Assembly: GCA_965140445.1 (NCBI GenBank)
Contig: OZ223236.1
Span: 3,456,001 to 3,520,000 of the forward strand
Direction: 5' to 3'
Length of the DNA: 64,000 nt
Source of the DNA: Candidatus Ozemobacteraceae bacterium
GTDB lineage: Bacteria; Muiribacteriota; Ozemobacteria; Ozemobacterales; Ozemobacteraceae
The notes under the pieces were generated by a model. That model searched no databases, was not told the DNA's origin, and was given only the letters and a program-made list of their open reading frames with translations. A program made the position numbers and the translations under genes. Below, one piece after another: positions 26,309 through 36,826 of the stretch (the first letter of the stretch is position 1; every line of letters begins with the position of its first letter).

Positions 26309-27864
26309 TATTGGCCTCCTTCCTTCATCAAATCAATGAATGGGTTGAAATAGTCCTGATGCTTTTCGACAACACCGTCTAAACCTTTTCCGCCATCAAA
26401 TGGACGCTTAACTCCAGCGAATTTTCCCATTTCCAATGTTTTAAAAATTCCATCCGCCTTAATTGATTTGAGCATTTCACTTGCTTCTTTTAAAACCTGA
26501 TTGGCTCTGGTTTCAATTGTTCCACCCTTTTTAAACTCGATCTCTTCACCAAGATCAGCCATTGTATTAAAAATATATCTGGCATTCTCAATTGAAAGAG
26601 CACGATCCGACATTAGAGGAGTGTGTATGGCTTCTGTAAGCATTCCAAGAAGATGAACCTTCTGTTTTGTCATAATGGTAACCATGTTAAAAAGAGCATC
26701 CTGAACATGTCCTTTAAAAATATTGCCAGTTTTAAACTTGGTTGGGGGCATATATTTTAAAGGTGCTTTTGGAAATATTTCTCTGGCCATTTGAGCCTGA
26801 GACAATTCGTAGAGAAATCCGTTTTTCATTTCAGGATTAATTTCAAATGCATGACCAAGTCCCATCTGTTCTTCCGGAATACCAGAAAGGAGCGCAAATT
26901 GTTCATTTATAAACTGCGAAGCCAGGACGGTGTGAGCTTCTTCATAGGCATCAGCCGTTGTTAGATAGTTATCTTCACCGGTATTTATTATTACCCCAGC
27001 AAATCCATTTATCACCCTGGAAAAATACTGATCAACCAGAGTTCTCTGCATGTTGATATCTCTGAAAAGAATTCCATACAATGCGTCATTTAGCATCATA
27101 TCAAGTCTTTCAAGGGCACCCATAGCTGCAATCTCAGGCATACACAGGCCAGAGCAATAATTGCAAAGTCTGATGTAACGACCGTATTTTTCACCGGCTT
27201 TATCCAGAGCTTCTCTCATTAAACGGAAGTTTTCCTGTGTGGCAAAGGTTCCACCAAAACCTTCGGTTGTAGCCCCATAAGGCACAAAATCCAGAAGACT
27301 TTGGCCAGTGGTTCTAATAACTGCGATTACATCTGCACCTTGGGCGGCAGCAGCTTCAGCCTGGGTAATGTCTTCATAGATGTTGCCAGTTGCAACAATT
27401 ACATAAAGATAAGGACCTTCTTTATCGCCATGTTCTTTTAGAAAGTCTTCTCTGACTTTGCGGTTTGCTTTTATCTTTTCAACAGTCTTGGTAGCGATTT
27501 CCAAAACTTTTGCTTTAATTTCAAAGAAATCTGCCATTTCAAGCTTTGTCAGGTCTAGACTACCTTTTGCAACCTGTTCCGCAATCTCCTGAGGGGTTTT
27601 GCCTGTTTGAATTACTGCGTTTCCAATATAAGTGGATAGCCCAATAGAAAGACCATTTCCCTTGCGAATGTTTTCTACAACGACATTAGGCAGTGGAACC
27701 TCGTTCTCATCAACCCCATCGATTCCAAGAAGTCGCGCACAAGTTCTTTCTATTGTTACTGTTGTGTGCTTTTGAATAAATTCCTGTGCATCCAGTGCGA
27801 TTTCTTTTGCAGATTGTCTGGCTTTTTCTACCAGGTCGAAATTAAGATTCAGCTTACTTTTCAT
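26308..27864 (-). CDS. kamD: Lysine 5,6-aminomutase alpha subunit
   Basis: YVIVATGNIYED; RTTGQSLLD; NYCSGLCMPE. Confidence 0.95.
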   Translation of the reverse strand: MKSKLNLNFDLVEKARQSAKEIALDAQEFIQKHTTVTIERTCARLLGIDGVDENEVPLPNVVVENIRKGNGLSIGLSTYIGNAVIQTGKTPQEIAEQVAKGSLDLTKLEMADFFEIKAKVLEIATKTVEKIKANRKVREDFLKEHGDKEGPYLYVIVATGNIYEDITQAEAAAAQGADVIAVIRTTGQSLLDFVPYGATTEGFGGTFATQENFRLMREALDKAGEKYGRYIRLCNYCSGLCMPEIAAMGALERLDMMLNDALYGILFRDINMQRTLVDQYFSRVINGFAGVIINTGEDNYLTTADAYEEAHTVLASQFINEQFALLSGIPEEQMGLGHAFEINPEMKNGFLYELSQAQMAREIFPKAPLKYMPPTKFKTGNIFKGHVQDALFNMVTIMTKQKVHLLGMLTEAIHTPLMSDRALSIENARYIFNTMADLGEEIEFKKGGTIETRANQVLKEASEMLKSIKADGIFKTLEMGKFAGVKRPFDGGKGLDGVVEKHQDYFNPFIDLMKEGGQ

Positions 27865-27928
27865 CTTCTTCCCTTGCATTAATTAATTTTTTGAAACCAC
27901 TACACTGCTGAAGTATTGTGGTTAAGAT

Positions 27929-29401
27929 TTACTGATAGTATTTCTTTATTATTTCGAGAAATTCTTCATCTAAATTCAATATTGAAGCTATTTTTAAAGC
28001 ATCTTTTGGCACTTCGTAATTGCCTTCAATCTTCTTTAAGCTGTAGTCCATCTTATCCGAAAGACCACTAATAATTTTCTTTTTATAACTGGAATGGTTA
28101 ACCTGGTCAGTTTCTATAGTGTAGCTGTCATCTTGCAATCCTACAACCTGATAATAGTTTGCTCCATCCAAATTTACTCCATCGTAATGAGTTGCTACTA
28201 TTCCAAAAGAATCAGAATTTTGTAAAAACTCACAAAGAGCCTGAACGAAATTTTTCCCTTCGCCTGGATTAGTTGACCTGGCAAACTCATCAAAGATAGC
28301 GAGTCCTGAGCCTTTTTTGGAAATTGCGATGAATTCATGAAGTTCCATAAGTTCTGCCCCGAAACTACTCAAACCTGATTCTTGATCTTGCCCATCACCT
28401 GAAACAAACTCAATAAAATCCGGAAGACAGCTTTTAAAAATTCTGGCATAGGGGCTGAAACCAATAGAAAGTAGTTCCATATTCATGGCAATTGTTGATA
28501 AAGCAACGGTTTTGCCACCCATATTTGCTCCGGTCAGGAGGGTTACGCCCTTCTGAATGGATATGTTAACGGGAGTGAAGCTCTTATTCTCGCTTCTTAA
28601 AATTTCGTAAATTTCAGGATTAAGCAGGTCTTTTATCTCAATAGACTCTATACTTTTTAAATCTTGAATATCAGGTTCGCATGATGGCCACCTTAAGCCA
28701 ATCTCTGTCCTTGCCAGGAGAAGTTCAAGCTTTCCAAGCATGGACGCATTATTTTCAATTTCAGAAAGATACTTTCTTAAATCATTTCCCAGGGAGATGC
28801 GAATGTTAAACTCTTCTTCTTTTTCCTGCTGAACAATTTTGCTTCTTTCAGCCCTATAGCGCTTTTTATCATCTTCTGTCTTTGCATTTAAAATCTTTGC
28901 TTCAATAGATTTTTTTTCTGCTCTGATTTTTCCCAGGCTGTTTGAATAAGATTCACTTAAATGAAAAGAAGGTAAAATCTTTTCTTCCGGATTTAATAGT
29001 TTTATTACGGAATTTAAAGAAACCATTGAAATTGAAGAAGCTTTGAACCCCATTTGAGAGGTTTCTTCAAGGATCTTTTCGGACAAAATTGCAAAACCCT
29101 TAATTTCCAGGAATTCTGTTTCATCAAGAATACTTGTGGTTTTTAAGTTTTGGATGGTTCCGTAAATATTTCTTAGTTTTTTAAAATGATTAAAAAGGCT
29201 GTTTAACTTTGCTTTATCCTGACTAAAAAACGATTTTGCTGCTTCCAGCTCTGAAAATGATTTTTTTGCGATTTGAAAATCTTCTGCCTTAAACGGCTTA
29301 AGTTCCTGAATCTCTTTTCTTCCATATGAAGAATTTATCATGATCTCTGAAAGCAACCATGAAACGCCTTTTGTAACTGGGGTATATGATTTAGTAGTCA
29401 T
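27929..29401 (-). CDS. kamC: MutS-like ATPase, aminomutase reactivase large subunit
   Basis: TGANMGGKT; GLSSFGAE; DEFARSTNP; ATHYDG; position in the kam cluster. Confidence 0.85.
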   Translation of the reverse strand: MTTKSYTPVTKGVSWLLSEIMINSSYGRKEIQELKPFKAEDFQIAKKSFSELEAAKSFFSQDKAKLNSLFNHFKKLRNIYGTIQNLKTTSILDETEFLEIKGFAILSEKILEETSQMGFKASSISMVSLNSVIKLLNPEEKILPSFHLSESYSNSLGKIRAEKKSIEAKILNAKTEDDKKRYRAERSKIVQQEKEEEFNIRISLGNDLRKYLSEIENNASMLGKLELLLARTEIGLRWPSCEPDIQDLKSIESIEIKDLLNPEIYEILRSENKSFTPVNISIQKGVTLLTGANMGGKTVALSTIAMNMELLSIGFSPYARIFKSCLPDFIEFVSGDGQDQESGLSSFGAELMELHEFIAISKKGSGLAIFDEFARSTNPGEGKNFVQALCEFLQNSDSFGIVATHYDGVNLDGANYYQVVGLQDDSYTIETDQVNHSSYKKKIISGLSDKMDYSLKKIEGNYEVPKDALKIASILNLDEEFLEIIKKYYQ

Positions 29402-30450
29402 TGAACCTGCGCTCCTGAATCGCAAACATCAAAAACAGGAAGCCTCAGGTTGCTTTCCAATGATGATTTGAATGCATTTTTGTCAAACTGGATTCCAGAA
29501 GGAGAGATTGGATTAGAACTTACCGCAAGGAGGTTTATCGGAAAAATCACTGAAATATTAACCCCTCGATTCTTTAAAGCTGCGTATTGGCTTGAATTTA
29601 ACTGGATACTATTGCCATGCAGGGTAACAAGATTCAAGCCTTTAAATTCCGGAACTTTTTTCAGCAGTCTTTCAATTATAATTTTAGTGACAGCTCCGTT
29701 AAAAAAAATACCATCTATCTTTCCAATTTTAGATTCAAGAACATCGACCGTTTTTACATCAAAATTGCTTCCGGCAAGTTCAAAAAAATTGTTTTCCTTA
29801 AAGATAAAACATTGATTCTGAGAAATTTGGTTTCCCCTCTCCCACTCTCTCAATTTGTCAGTTAAAAAGAGTTTATAACTGGATTCTGGCAAACTTAAAA
29901 GTTCAGTATAAAAGGCAGTTTCATTGACCACCGTTTCCATGTTATGTGAAAAAGAAGCTCCAGAAGCCAATATGCAGCCATCCGCAAAGGTTATAGAAGC
30001 TGTAGATTTTCTGGAAGCAGCCCCATCTATAAAGACAAGGTCCGCTCCATTTCTTTTAAGAGCTTTTACTAATTCTTCCATTTGAGAAACGATTGATGGA
30101 CCGGCAATTTGCGCGTAACCATCACTAAGCGCACGAAGAATAATAACTTCACCCATTGGAGTGTAAAAACCCGTGAACTCCAGGAGTTCACGGGTAAAAT
30201 CGCAAGATCCAATTAATGAAGACGCAGTAGCAACAAAGGAACCAGACTTAACCCAAACCATAGGTTTATTTGTTCCAGTTACCTGATCAATACTTTCACC
30301 GTCAAAACCAATTGAGGTTATTCCAACTGTTCTGTCTCTTTGAGCTTCAATTAGGGAGTTTAAAACTGTTGTTTTTCCAGCGTTTTTCTCCATGCCAATG
30401 ATGGCAAGGCAACTAACTCCTTCAAGAAGACTGTTAAGAGAGGCAGGCAT
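29398..30450 (-). CDS. kamB: KamB-like P-loop protein (reactivase partner)
   Basis: IIGMEKNAGKTT; TSIGFDGE; between kamA and kamC. Confidence 0.8.
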   Translation of the reverse strand: MPASLNSLLEGVSCLAIIGMEKNAGKTTVLNSLIEAQRDRTVGITSIGFDGESIDQVTGTNKPMVWVKSGSFVATASSLIGSCDFTRELLEFTGFYTPMGEVIILRALSDGYAQIAGPSIVSQMEELVKALKRNGADLVFIDGAASRKSTASITFADGCILASGASFSHNMETVVNETAFYTELLSLPESSYKLFLTDKLREWERGNQISQNQCFIFKENNFFELAGSNFDVKTVDVLESKIGKIDGIFFNGAVTKIIIERLLKKVPEFKGLNLVTLHGNSIQLNSSQYAALKNRGVNISVIFPINLLAVSSNPISPSGIQFDKNAFKSSLESNLRLPVFDVCDSGAQVQ

Positions 30451-31712
30451 TAATCGTGATGAGCATTCCTTTGTTTACGTTTGAGTCCTTCTGGTTCCAG
30501 TGGAGTCATACCATGATGTAGTCCGGCAACGCCTTCTACTTCGTCCACTTCATTGTGCATACAAACTTCACAGGTACATTTGTTTTTGTATCCATCAGGC
30601 TCGTTGTAACAGGTTATTACACCCTCATAGTTTCTAAGAATTACTTTCTTATAACCACTGGAAATCAGATAGTTAGGCATTACCGGAATTTTTCCGCCTC
30701 CGCCTGGTGCATCCACAACATAGGTTGGGACACAAAAACCAGTTGTGTGTCCTCTAAGAGCTTCAATAATTTCAATCCCTTTGGAAACAGGAGTTCTGAA
30801 ATGTGAAAGCCCAAGAGAAAGATCGCATTGGTAAATATAATAAGGTCTAACCTTGATTCTAACCAGTTCATGCACCAGTTTTCGCATTACATGAATACAA
30901 TCATTGACTCCAGCAAGAAGAACGGATTGGTTTCCGATTGGAACTCCCGCATAGCTTAAGAGTTTGCATGCTCTCTGGGCATCAGCGGTTATTTCCTTAG
31001 GATGATTGAAGTGGGTATTTACCCAGATAGAATCATACTTTTTCAACATCTCACATAGTTCAGGAGTAATTCTCTGTGGCAAAACGACTGGGGTTCTGGT
31101 TCCAAGACGAATGATTTCTACATGTGGGATGGCATCAAGTCTTGAAATGATTCCTTCTAACTTGTTGTCAGAAAGTAACAAAGGGTCGCCGCCAGAAATT
31201 ACCACATCTCTAATTTGAGGCGTGTTAGCGATGTATTCAATAGCCAGATCAATCTGCTGTCCTGGGAGTGGATGATCAGTGTGACCGGCAAATCTTCGTC
31301 TTGTGCAATGACGGCAATACATTGAGCATTGGTCAGTAACGAGCAAAAGAGCTCTGTCAGGGTATCTGTGAGTCAGACCAGGCACAGGAGAATCACCATC
31401 TTCATGAAGTGGGTCTTCCAAATCAGCTGGAGAACGATCGAGTTCCTGATAGGTCGGAATAGCTTGTTTTCTTACCGGGTCTTCGCTATCCTGAGTGTCA
31501 ATGAGAGTGAGATAATATGGAGTAATTGCCATTCTCAAGGTGGTTAGACATTTTTCAATCCCATCTATTTCTTCTTGAGTAAGGTTTACATATTTTTTTA
31601 ATTCTTCAACTGTTTCAATGCGGTTTCTGACGTGCCAACGCCAATCATTCCATTCTGCGTCAGAGACATCAGGAAACATTCTTTTTTTTCTGGTTTCATT
31701 AAAATCGTACAT
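30450..31712 (-). CDS. kamA: Lysine 2,3-aminomutase (radical SAM)
   Basis: HRYPDR; CSMYCRHC; DAPGGGGK. Confidence 0.96.
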   Translation of the reverse strand: MYDFNETRKKRMFPDVSDAEWNDWRWHVRNRIETVEELKKYVNLTQEEIDGIEKCLTTLRMAITPYYLTLIDTQDSEDPVRKQAIPTYQELDRSPADLEDPLHEDGDSPVPGLTHRYPDRALLLVTDQCSMYCRHCTRRRFAGHTDHPLPGQQIDLAIEYIANTPQIRDVVISGGDPLLLSDNKLEGIISRLDAIPHVEIIRLGTRTPVVLPQRITPELCEMLKKYDSIWVNTHFNHPKEITADAQRACKLLSYAGVPIGNQSVLLAGVNDCIHVMRKLVHELVRIKVRPYYIYQCDLSLGLSHFRTPVSKGIEIIEALRGHTTGFCVPTYVVDAPGGGGKIPVMPNYLISSGYKKVILRNYEGVITCYNEPDGYKNKCTCEVCMHNEVDEVEGVAGLHHGMTPLEPEGLKRKQRNAHHD

Positions 31713-31766
31713 TCTCTGAATTCCTTTCCTGGGCCACTTATCTATTTCGGGCTTTTATAAAATGAA

Positions 31767-31786
31767 CCGGGGCCTTCAGGCCCCGG
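31767..31786. terminator. Intergenic GC hairpin (weak terminator or mRNA-stabilising element)
   Basis: ccggggcc-ttca-ggccccgg. Confidence 0.5.
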
Positions 31787-31797
31787 CAATCAATTTT

Positions 31798-32841
31798 CTA
31801 GCAATAAAGTTCTTCGAAGAGAGCTTTAAGATTTTCATTTTTTCGAATAACATCCATAGCGATTACATCATGGTTTGGTGCATAGCCATTTCCTACAATC
31901 AAGAGTGCGTCAGAACCAATTCCTTCTGCGCCAAGGGCAGCTTTTGTAAAGCTGGTTGCCATGGTAAAGAAGTAAACGGTAGCATCGCTGGTAGCTTTGG
32001 CAGTCATGATAGATGACATTTCTGTGTCTTCAACTGGAGCACAGTTTATAACCAGATCAGCCATTTCACCATTTGTAACTTCAGCAACGGCTTTTTGACA
32101 AGCAACCGGGTCCTGAGCATTTACCTGAAGAACGTGATCGCAGAAACCGAGTTTATTAATGCGGTCGCAACCTCTTTGAGAAGGCTGAATGGCAATCAAT
32201 GAGCCGGTTTTGCCAAGAATTTCTCTGGCAACTGCACAACAGATACTTCCTGATTTTCCGCCAGCTCCAATTATAACTACTTTCTGGCCTGGTTTAACAA
32301 GGCGATAAGCTTGAGCTGGAGCACCGGCAACGTCTAATACTGCAAGAGCCAAAGTTTCATTGAAATCTTCAGGAATTTTAGCCAAAACACCTGATTCAAA
32401 GAAAATTGCATGTCCTTCAATTTTAACCTGATCTCTTTCAGGGAAGACTTCGATGATTTTTTCAATTTTTAATGGTGTGAGTGAGAGGGAAACTAAACTG
32501 GCAATTTTATCCCCTACTTTAAAACCTTTTGGGTTTGGATGGTCTTTACCAATTTCCTTAATTTTTCCAAGTAGCATTCCGCCTGAACCGGTAACTGGAT
32601 TTTGCTGTTTTCCTCTTTCGCCAACGATGCCAAGAATCATTTTCTTAACGCCTTCGATATCACCGTTGCAGGCGTCTTTCATCTGACGAAAAGAAGCAGA
32701 ATCAATATTCAAAGTATCTACTTCAACCAAAATCTCATTTTCACGAATTGGTAAGGAGTTGTCTACCTTCTGAGCATTCTGAGGGAGAGCGTTATCAGGG
32801 GCAATAACTCTGTGAGTTCCGTATTTACATGTCTGTTTCAT
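31798..32841 (-). CDS. kdd: L-erythro-3,5-diaminohexanoate dehydrogenase
   Basis: CKYGTHRVI; NPVTGSGGM; DVAGAPAQ; ATSFTKAALGAEG. Confidence 0.93.
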   Translation of the reverse strand: MKQTCKYGTHRVIAPDNALPQNAQKVDNSLPIRENEILVEVDTLNIDSASFRQMKDACNGDIEGVKKMILGIVGERGKQQNPVTGSGGMLLGKIKEIGKDHPNPKGFKVGDKIASLVSLSLTPLKIEKIIEVFPERDQVKIEGHAIFFESGVLAKIPEDFNETLALAVLDVAGAPAQAYRLVKPGQKVVIIGAGGKSGSICCAVAREILGKTGSLIAIQPSQRGCDRINKLGFCDHVLQVNAQDPVACQKAVAEVTNGEMADLVINCAPVEDTEMSSIMTAKATSDATVYFFTMATSFTKAALGAEGIGSDALLIVGNGYAPNHDVIAMDVIRKNENLKALFEELYC

Positions 32842-33002
32842 AGTTATTCCTTTCAAATTTATTGATATACAAAGATCATTAAATCAAGTTTTTATGGTAG
32901 ATACAATAGTTCTTATTGCTGATTTAACTACCTTCTGCATACCCTCCCCATGCCAGCTTGGGAGAGAAAACCACCTCCTGATAAACTTGCAAAGCCTTTA
33001 AA

Positions 33003-33671
33003 TCAGGCTTCGTCCATAAACTTAAGATTTTCAGCAACCTTAAATTCTGCTTCTGTATTTGCTTTAATCTCTTCAACGCTTGATTCCTTGTTGATTTCAC
33101 AAAGGGTCATTCCTGTTGAATCAATTCTAAAAACAGCAAGTTCTGTAACAATCATGTTTACAACGTTTTTTGCTGTCAAAGGCAATTTACAATTTTTTAG
33201 TATTTTAGGTCTTCCTCTATCGGTATGAAGCGTTGAAACAATTACATTTTTTGCTCCTACCACAAGATCCATTGCTCCGCCCATTCCAGGAACTTTTTTC
33301 CCGGGAATAATCCAGTTCGCAAGGCTTCCCTCTTGATCAACTTCCAATGCGCCAAGCACCGTATATTCAACATGCCGGCCACGAATTAGTGCAAAAGAAG
33401 TCGCGCTATCAAAAAAGCTTCCATGTGGCAAAACACTTACGAATGAGCCACCAGCATTGGTTATGTCTTTATTTTCCTGGCCTGGTTCCGGGGCAGAGCC
33501 CATTCCCATAATGCCATTTTCAGACTGAAAAGTGACGTGAATGCCTTCGGGAATATGGTTCGCTACAAGAGTTGGCAGCCCTATTCCTAAATTAACGCTT
33601 TGATTATCCTTAAATTCACGTGCAATTCTTTTGGCTATAATATTTTTGGCTAATTTTACATCTTCTATCAT
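33003..33671 (-). CDS. atoA: CoA-transferase beta subunit (acetoacetate:butyrate type)
   Basis: NLGIGLPT; SENG; PGMGGAMDL. Confidence 0.9.
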   Translation of the reverse strand: MIEDVKLAKNIIAKRIAREFKDNQSVNLGIGLPTLVANHIPEGIHVTFQSENGIMGMGSAPEPGQENKDITNAGGSFVSVLPHGSFFDSATSFALIRGRHVEYTVLGALEVDQEGSLANWIIPGKKVPGMGGAMDLVVGAKNVIVSTLHTDRGRPKILKNCKLPLTAKNVVNMIVTELAVFRIDSTGMTLCEINKESSVEEIKANTEAEFKVAENLKFMDEA

Positions 33672-33692
33672 TTTCTCTAATCCTTTGGCCGC

Positions 33693-34352
33693 TTAGCTAT
33701 TTTCCGGGTGGAAAATATGAGTAACGAGTGGAGCAGGAGTTACAACCATTTCCGGTATAAGCTCTCCTGCTTTTACTAAGGTTTCAGCCTCAACAACAAC
33801 AGTTTCTGCTGCCATGGCCATAACGGGATTAAAATTTCGGGTGGTTCCGTTATAAACAATGTTTCCTGCCTCATCCACACGGCTTCCCTTTAAAAGTGCC
33901 ATATCTGCTCTTAAAGGCAATTCCAGCAAATACTCTTTTCCATTAATGGTAAGTTTTTGCTTTCCTTCTTCAACAACAGTTCCCACACCTGTTGGGGTCA
34001 GGAATCCGCCAAGTCCGGCTCCCCCAGCTCTAATTTGCTCAACTAAGGTGCCCTGAGGAATAAGTTCAACTTTTAGGGTTCCTTCTACCATCTGCTTCCC
34101 AGTTTCAGGATTTGTACCAATATGAGATGTAAGAACTCTTTTTACTTTATTAGCAGCAATTAGTCTTCCAATTCCTTTATCTACAAAGGAGGTGTCATTA
34201 CAAATTATGGTTAAATTCTTTACTTCGCTTTCAAGAATAATACTTACAAGATTTTCCGGAGTTCCACAGGCGAGAAACCCACCAATCATAATGGTCATAT
34301 CATCTCTGAGAAGTTTGGCAAAATTCTGCCTATCAATCATTTTATTGAACAT
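33693..34352 (-). CDS. atoD: CoA-transferase alpha subunit
   Basis: IMIGGFL; PQGTLVEQIRAGGAG. Confidence 0.9.
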   Translation of the reverse strand: MFNKMIDRQNFAKLLRDDMTIMIGGFLACGTPENLVSIILESEVKNLTIICNDTSFVDKGIGRLIAANKVKRVLTSHIGTNPETGKQMVEGTLKVELIPQGTLVEQIRAGGAGLGGFLTPTGVGTVVEEGKQKLTINGKEYLLELPLRADMALLKGSRVDEAGNIVYNGTTRNFNPVMAMAAETVVVEAETLVKAGELIPEMVVTPAPLVTHIFHPENS

Positions 34353-34387
34353 TTATTTATTCCTTTAAAAATTATTCCTGCTGAAAA

Positions 34388-35209
34388 TCAGCATTTCAGT
34401 CCAAGAATTTTTCTTGCTTCATCAGGTGTTGCAATCTCTCTACCAAGCTCTTTTGCAATTCTTGCTGCTTTTAGAACCAGCTCTGCGTTTGATTTCGCCA
34501 GAACACCTTTTTCAAGATATATGTTATCTTCAAAACCTACTCGAACATGGCCACCAGCTACAATTGAGGCTGCTGTCATCTGGAACTGGGCGCGACCGAT
34601 TCCAGAAACAGTAAAGGTGCTTTCTGATGGAATACTTCCTGCCATAAAAACAAAATCACGTAAAGAAGCCGCAATTCCACCAGTTACTCCCATAACAAAA
34701 TTGAAGTGCATCGGACCTTTGATAAAACCTTTTTTATGCAAACGAATTGCAGTATCGATCATGCCCTTATCAAAAACTTCAACTTCTGGCTTAACACCAA
34801 GCTCAATCATTTTTTTCCCAAAAGCGATTATGGTGTTTTCAGAATTAACAAAAATGTCATCAGCTCCAAAATTTACAGTTCCACAATCCAAAGTCGCCAT
34901 TTCCGGAACAAGATCAACAGGTTGGAGTCTTTCTTCATTCGACATTCCGACCGCACCACCAGTAGATGGTTGAATAATAGCTTCAGGACAACAAGCTTTA
35001 ATAGCTTCAATGGCTGCCTTAAATCGGTCACGGCTTTGAGTTGGAGTTCCATCATCTTCCCTGACATGCAGATGAATTATAGAAGCTCCAGCTTCCATAG
35101 CAAGTTTAGCTTCTTTTGCGATTTCTTCAATTGTATAAGGAATTGCCGGATTATGTTCTTTTGTCACTTCTGCACCGCATATTGCGGCAGTTAAAATTAG
35201 TTTTTCCAT
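34388..35209 (-). CDS. kce: 3-keto-5-aminohexanoate cleavage enzyme
   Basis: TAAICGAE; HLHVR; STGG; HVRVGFEDN. Confidence 0.94.
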   Translation of the reverse strand: MEKLILTAAICGAEVTKEHNPAIPYTIEEIAKEAKLAMEAGASIIHLHVREDDGTPTQSRDRFKAAIEAIKACCPEAIIQPSTGGAVGMSNEERLQPVDLVPEMATLDCGTVNFGADDIFVNSENTIIAFGKKMIELGVKPEVEVFDKGMIDTAIRLHKKGFIKGPMHFNFVMGVTGGIAASLRDFVFMAGSIPSESTFTVSGIGRAQFQMTAASIVAGGHVRVGFEDNIYLEKGVLAKSNAELVLKAARIAKELGREIATPDEARKILGLKC

Positions 35210-35217
35210 AATTATTC

Positions 35218-36471
35218 TCAGTATTTTTTGTTATCAATGTAAGTTAAAACCTGATCTATAGAATCCAATGTGTATTGCAGGTCTTCTTTTGTGTGTCTAT
35301 ATGCTATGTAACCATGATGGAAAGGCTGAAGGAAAACTTTTCTTCTAATGAGCTGAGTATAGAAATCGTTTCTCATTGCTTTATAGGTTTTATCAGCATT
35401 TTTGTTGAATACCACAAAAGGCATTTGAGGAATTGGGGAAAGACTAAGATCTACATTATGTTTATCAACGATTTTTTGTAGTTCTGCATTAAACCATTTG
35501 CCCTTTTCCTTGATTGCTTCTATAACGTTTTCTCTTTCCATGAATTCAAGAGTCTTTAGGGCTGCAGCAAATTCAACGCTGTTTGGGTAGAATGTTGAGG
35601 AAACAAAAACTTCTTTTTCCACCACTTTCATAATGTGCTCTTTACCAACGCAGGCGCTAATTGGGTAACCATTAGCCAATGCCTTTCCAAAGGTTGAAAG
35701 ATCAGGAGTTACTCCAAACAGAGTCTGAGCTCCACCTAAATGGACCCTGAATCCCGTTCTGATTTCATCGAAAATTAAGACAGCACCGTGTTTATCAGCA
35801 ATTTTGCGAACCCCTTCCAAAAATCCTGGTTTTGGATATTCGCATTGGTACGCAAGTGGGTGCCCGATTGGAGTTACAATAATTGCGGCAGTTTCTGAAC
35901 CATACTGCTTCATCAGCTCTTCAAGGCTATCCAGATCATTGTAATGAAATTCATGGGTGTCTTCATAAAGCTTTGGCAAAACTCCGCCTTTAACTTCAAC
36001 ACACCAGTCATGCCAGCCATGGTAACCACAGCGCATAATTTTTGTTTTTCCAGTAAAGCCTCTGGCGATTCTTGTAGCCAAAGTTGTTGCATCTGAACCA
36101 GTTTTAGTAAAAATAGACATTTCTGCACACTTGATTAAACTTCGAAGTTTTGTGGCAAGTTTATTTTGAATGGACTGGGTCAGAGAAAAGCAGAAACCAT
36201 GCTCTTTAATCTGTTCAATAGCGGCATTATCAATTTCTTCTTCGCGGTGGCCAATAATGATTGGGCCGTAAGCGCATAAATAGTCAAGATACTCATTACC
36301 ATCTATATCCGTTATTTTTCCGCCTTTACCGTGCTCAAAATAAATAGGATATTCACCTTCAATAAAGTTATATGGTCTTCGAATGCCAAGAACACCACCT
36401 GGAGTGCATGTCTTACCATGCTTGAATTCTTCCATGCTTTTGGTCAAATTGAGTTTTGGTGCTTCGTTCAT
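35218..36471 (-). CDS. kat: Class III PLP aminotransferase, likely 3-aminobutyryl-CoA aminotransferase
   Basis: FDEIRTGFR; TFGKALANG; GIRRPYNF and YHGWHDWC; heads the lysine-fermentation cluster, which lacks kal. Confidence 0.8.
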   Translation of the reverse strand: MNEAPKLNLTKSMEEFKHGKTCTPGGVLGIRRPYNFIEGEYPIYFEHGKGGKITDIDGNEYLDYLCAYGPIIIGHREEEIDNAAIEQIKEHGFCFSLTQSIQNKLATKLRSLIKCAEMSIFTKTGSDATTLATRIARGFTGKTKIMRCGYHGWHDWCVEVKGGVLPKLYEDTHEFHYNDLDSLEELMKQYGSETAAIIVTPIGHPLAYQCEYPKPGFLEGVRKIADKHGAVLIFDEIRTGFRVHLGGAQTLFGVTPDLSTFGKALANGYPISACVGKEHIMKVVEKEVFVSSTFYPNSVEFAAALKTLEFMERENVIEAIKEKGKWFNAELQKIVDKHNVDLSLSPIPQMPFVVFNKNADKTYKAMRNDFYTQLIRRKVFLQPFHHGYIAYRHTKEDLQYTLDSIDQVLTYIDNKKY

Positions 36472-36826
36472 TTAGTTTCTCCTGACTTCTATGATTATTG
36501 TCTTTCAGCTCTCTGGCAGATAACTATTTTACGCTTGTGAAAATTTTATCTTTCCAGATTTTTTTAAGAAGAGGGAAATGAAACTTCAGGTTTTAGAAGG
36601 AAATTTGTCAAAATTTTCTCATAATATGAAAAAAATAGGCTGACAAAGCGCCTGTCCCTTAAACCAATTCAATCACTCCGACTATCTATATTTAATACCC
36701 TGAAATACTAACACAAACTTGACCACAAACTTAAGGAAAAATTGAACTTTTATGAAAAAAAATCACAAAAAATTTACATGTTTCAGGAGGAAAAATTTAT
36801 TTGAAAATTACCAAAATCAGGAACAG

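Noticed and set aside
27929..29425. MutS-like ORF as a DNA-repair gene
   Set aside because: Lacks mismatch-binding domains, and its position between kamB and kamD fits the KamC reactivase.
32857..33002. Possible pseudoknot or hairpins between atoA and kdd
   Set aside because: Pairings are short and partly AT-rich, there is only one copy, and no recognisable family.
36472..36826. Lysine or cobalamin riboswitch upstream of kat
   Set aside because: No recognisable aptamer consensus; only a weak hairpin plus T-run.
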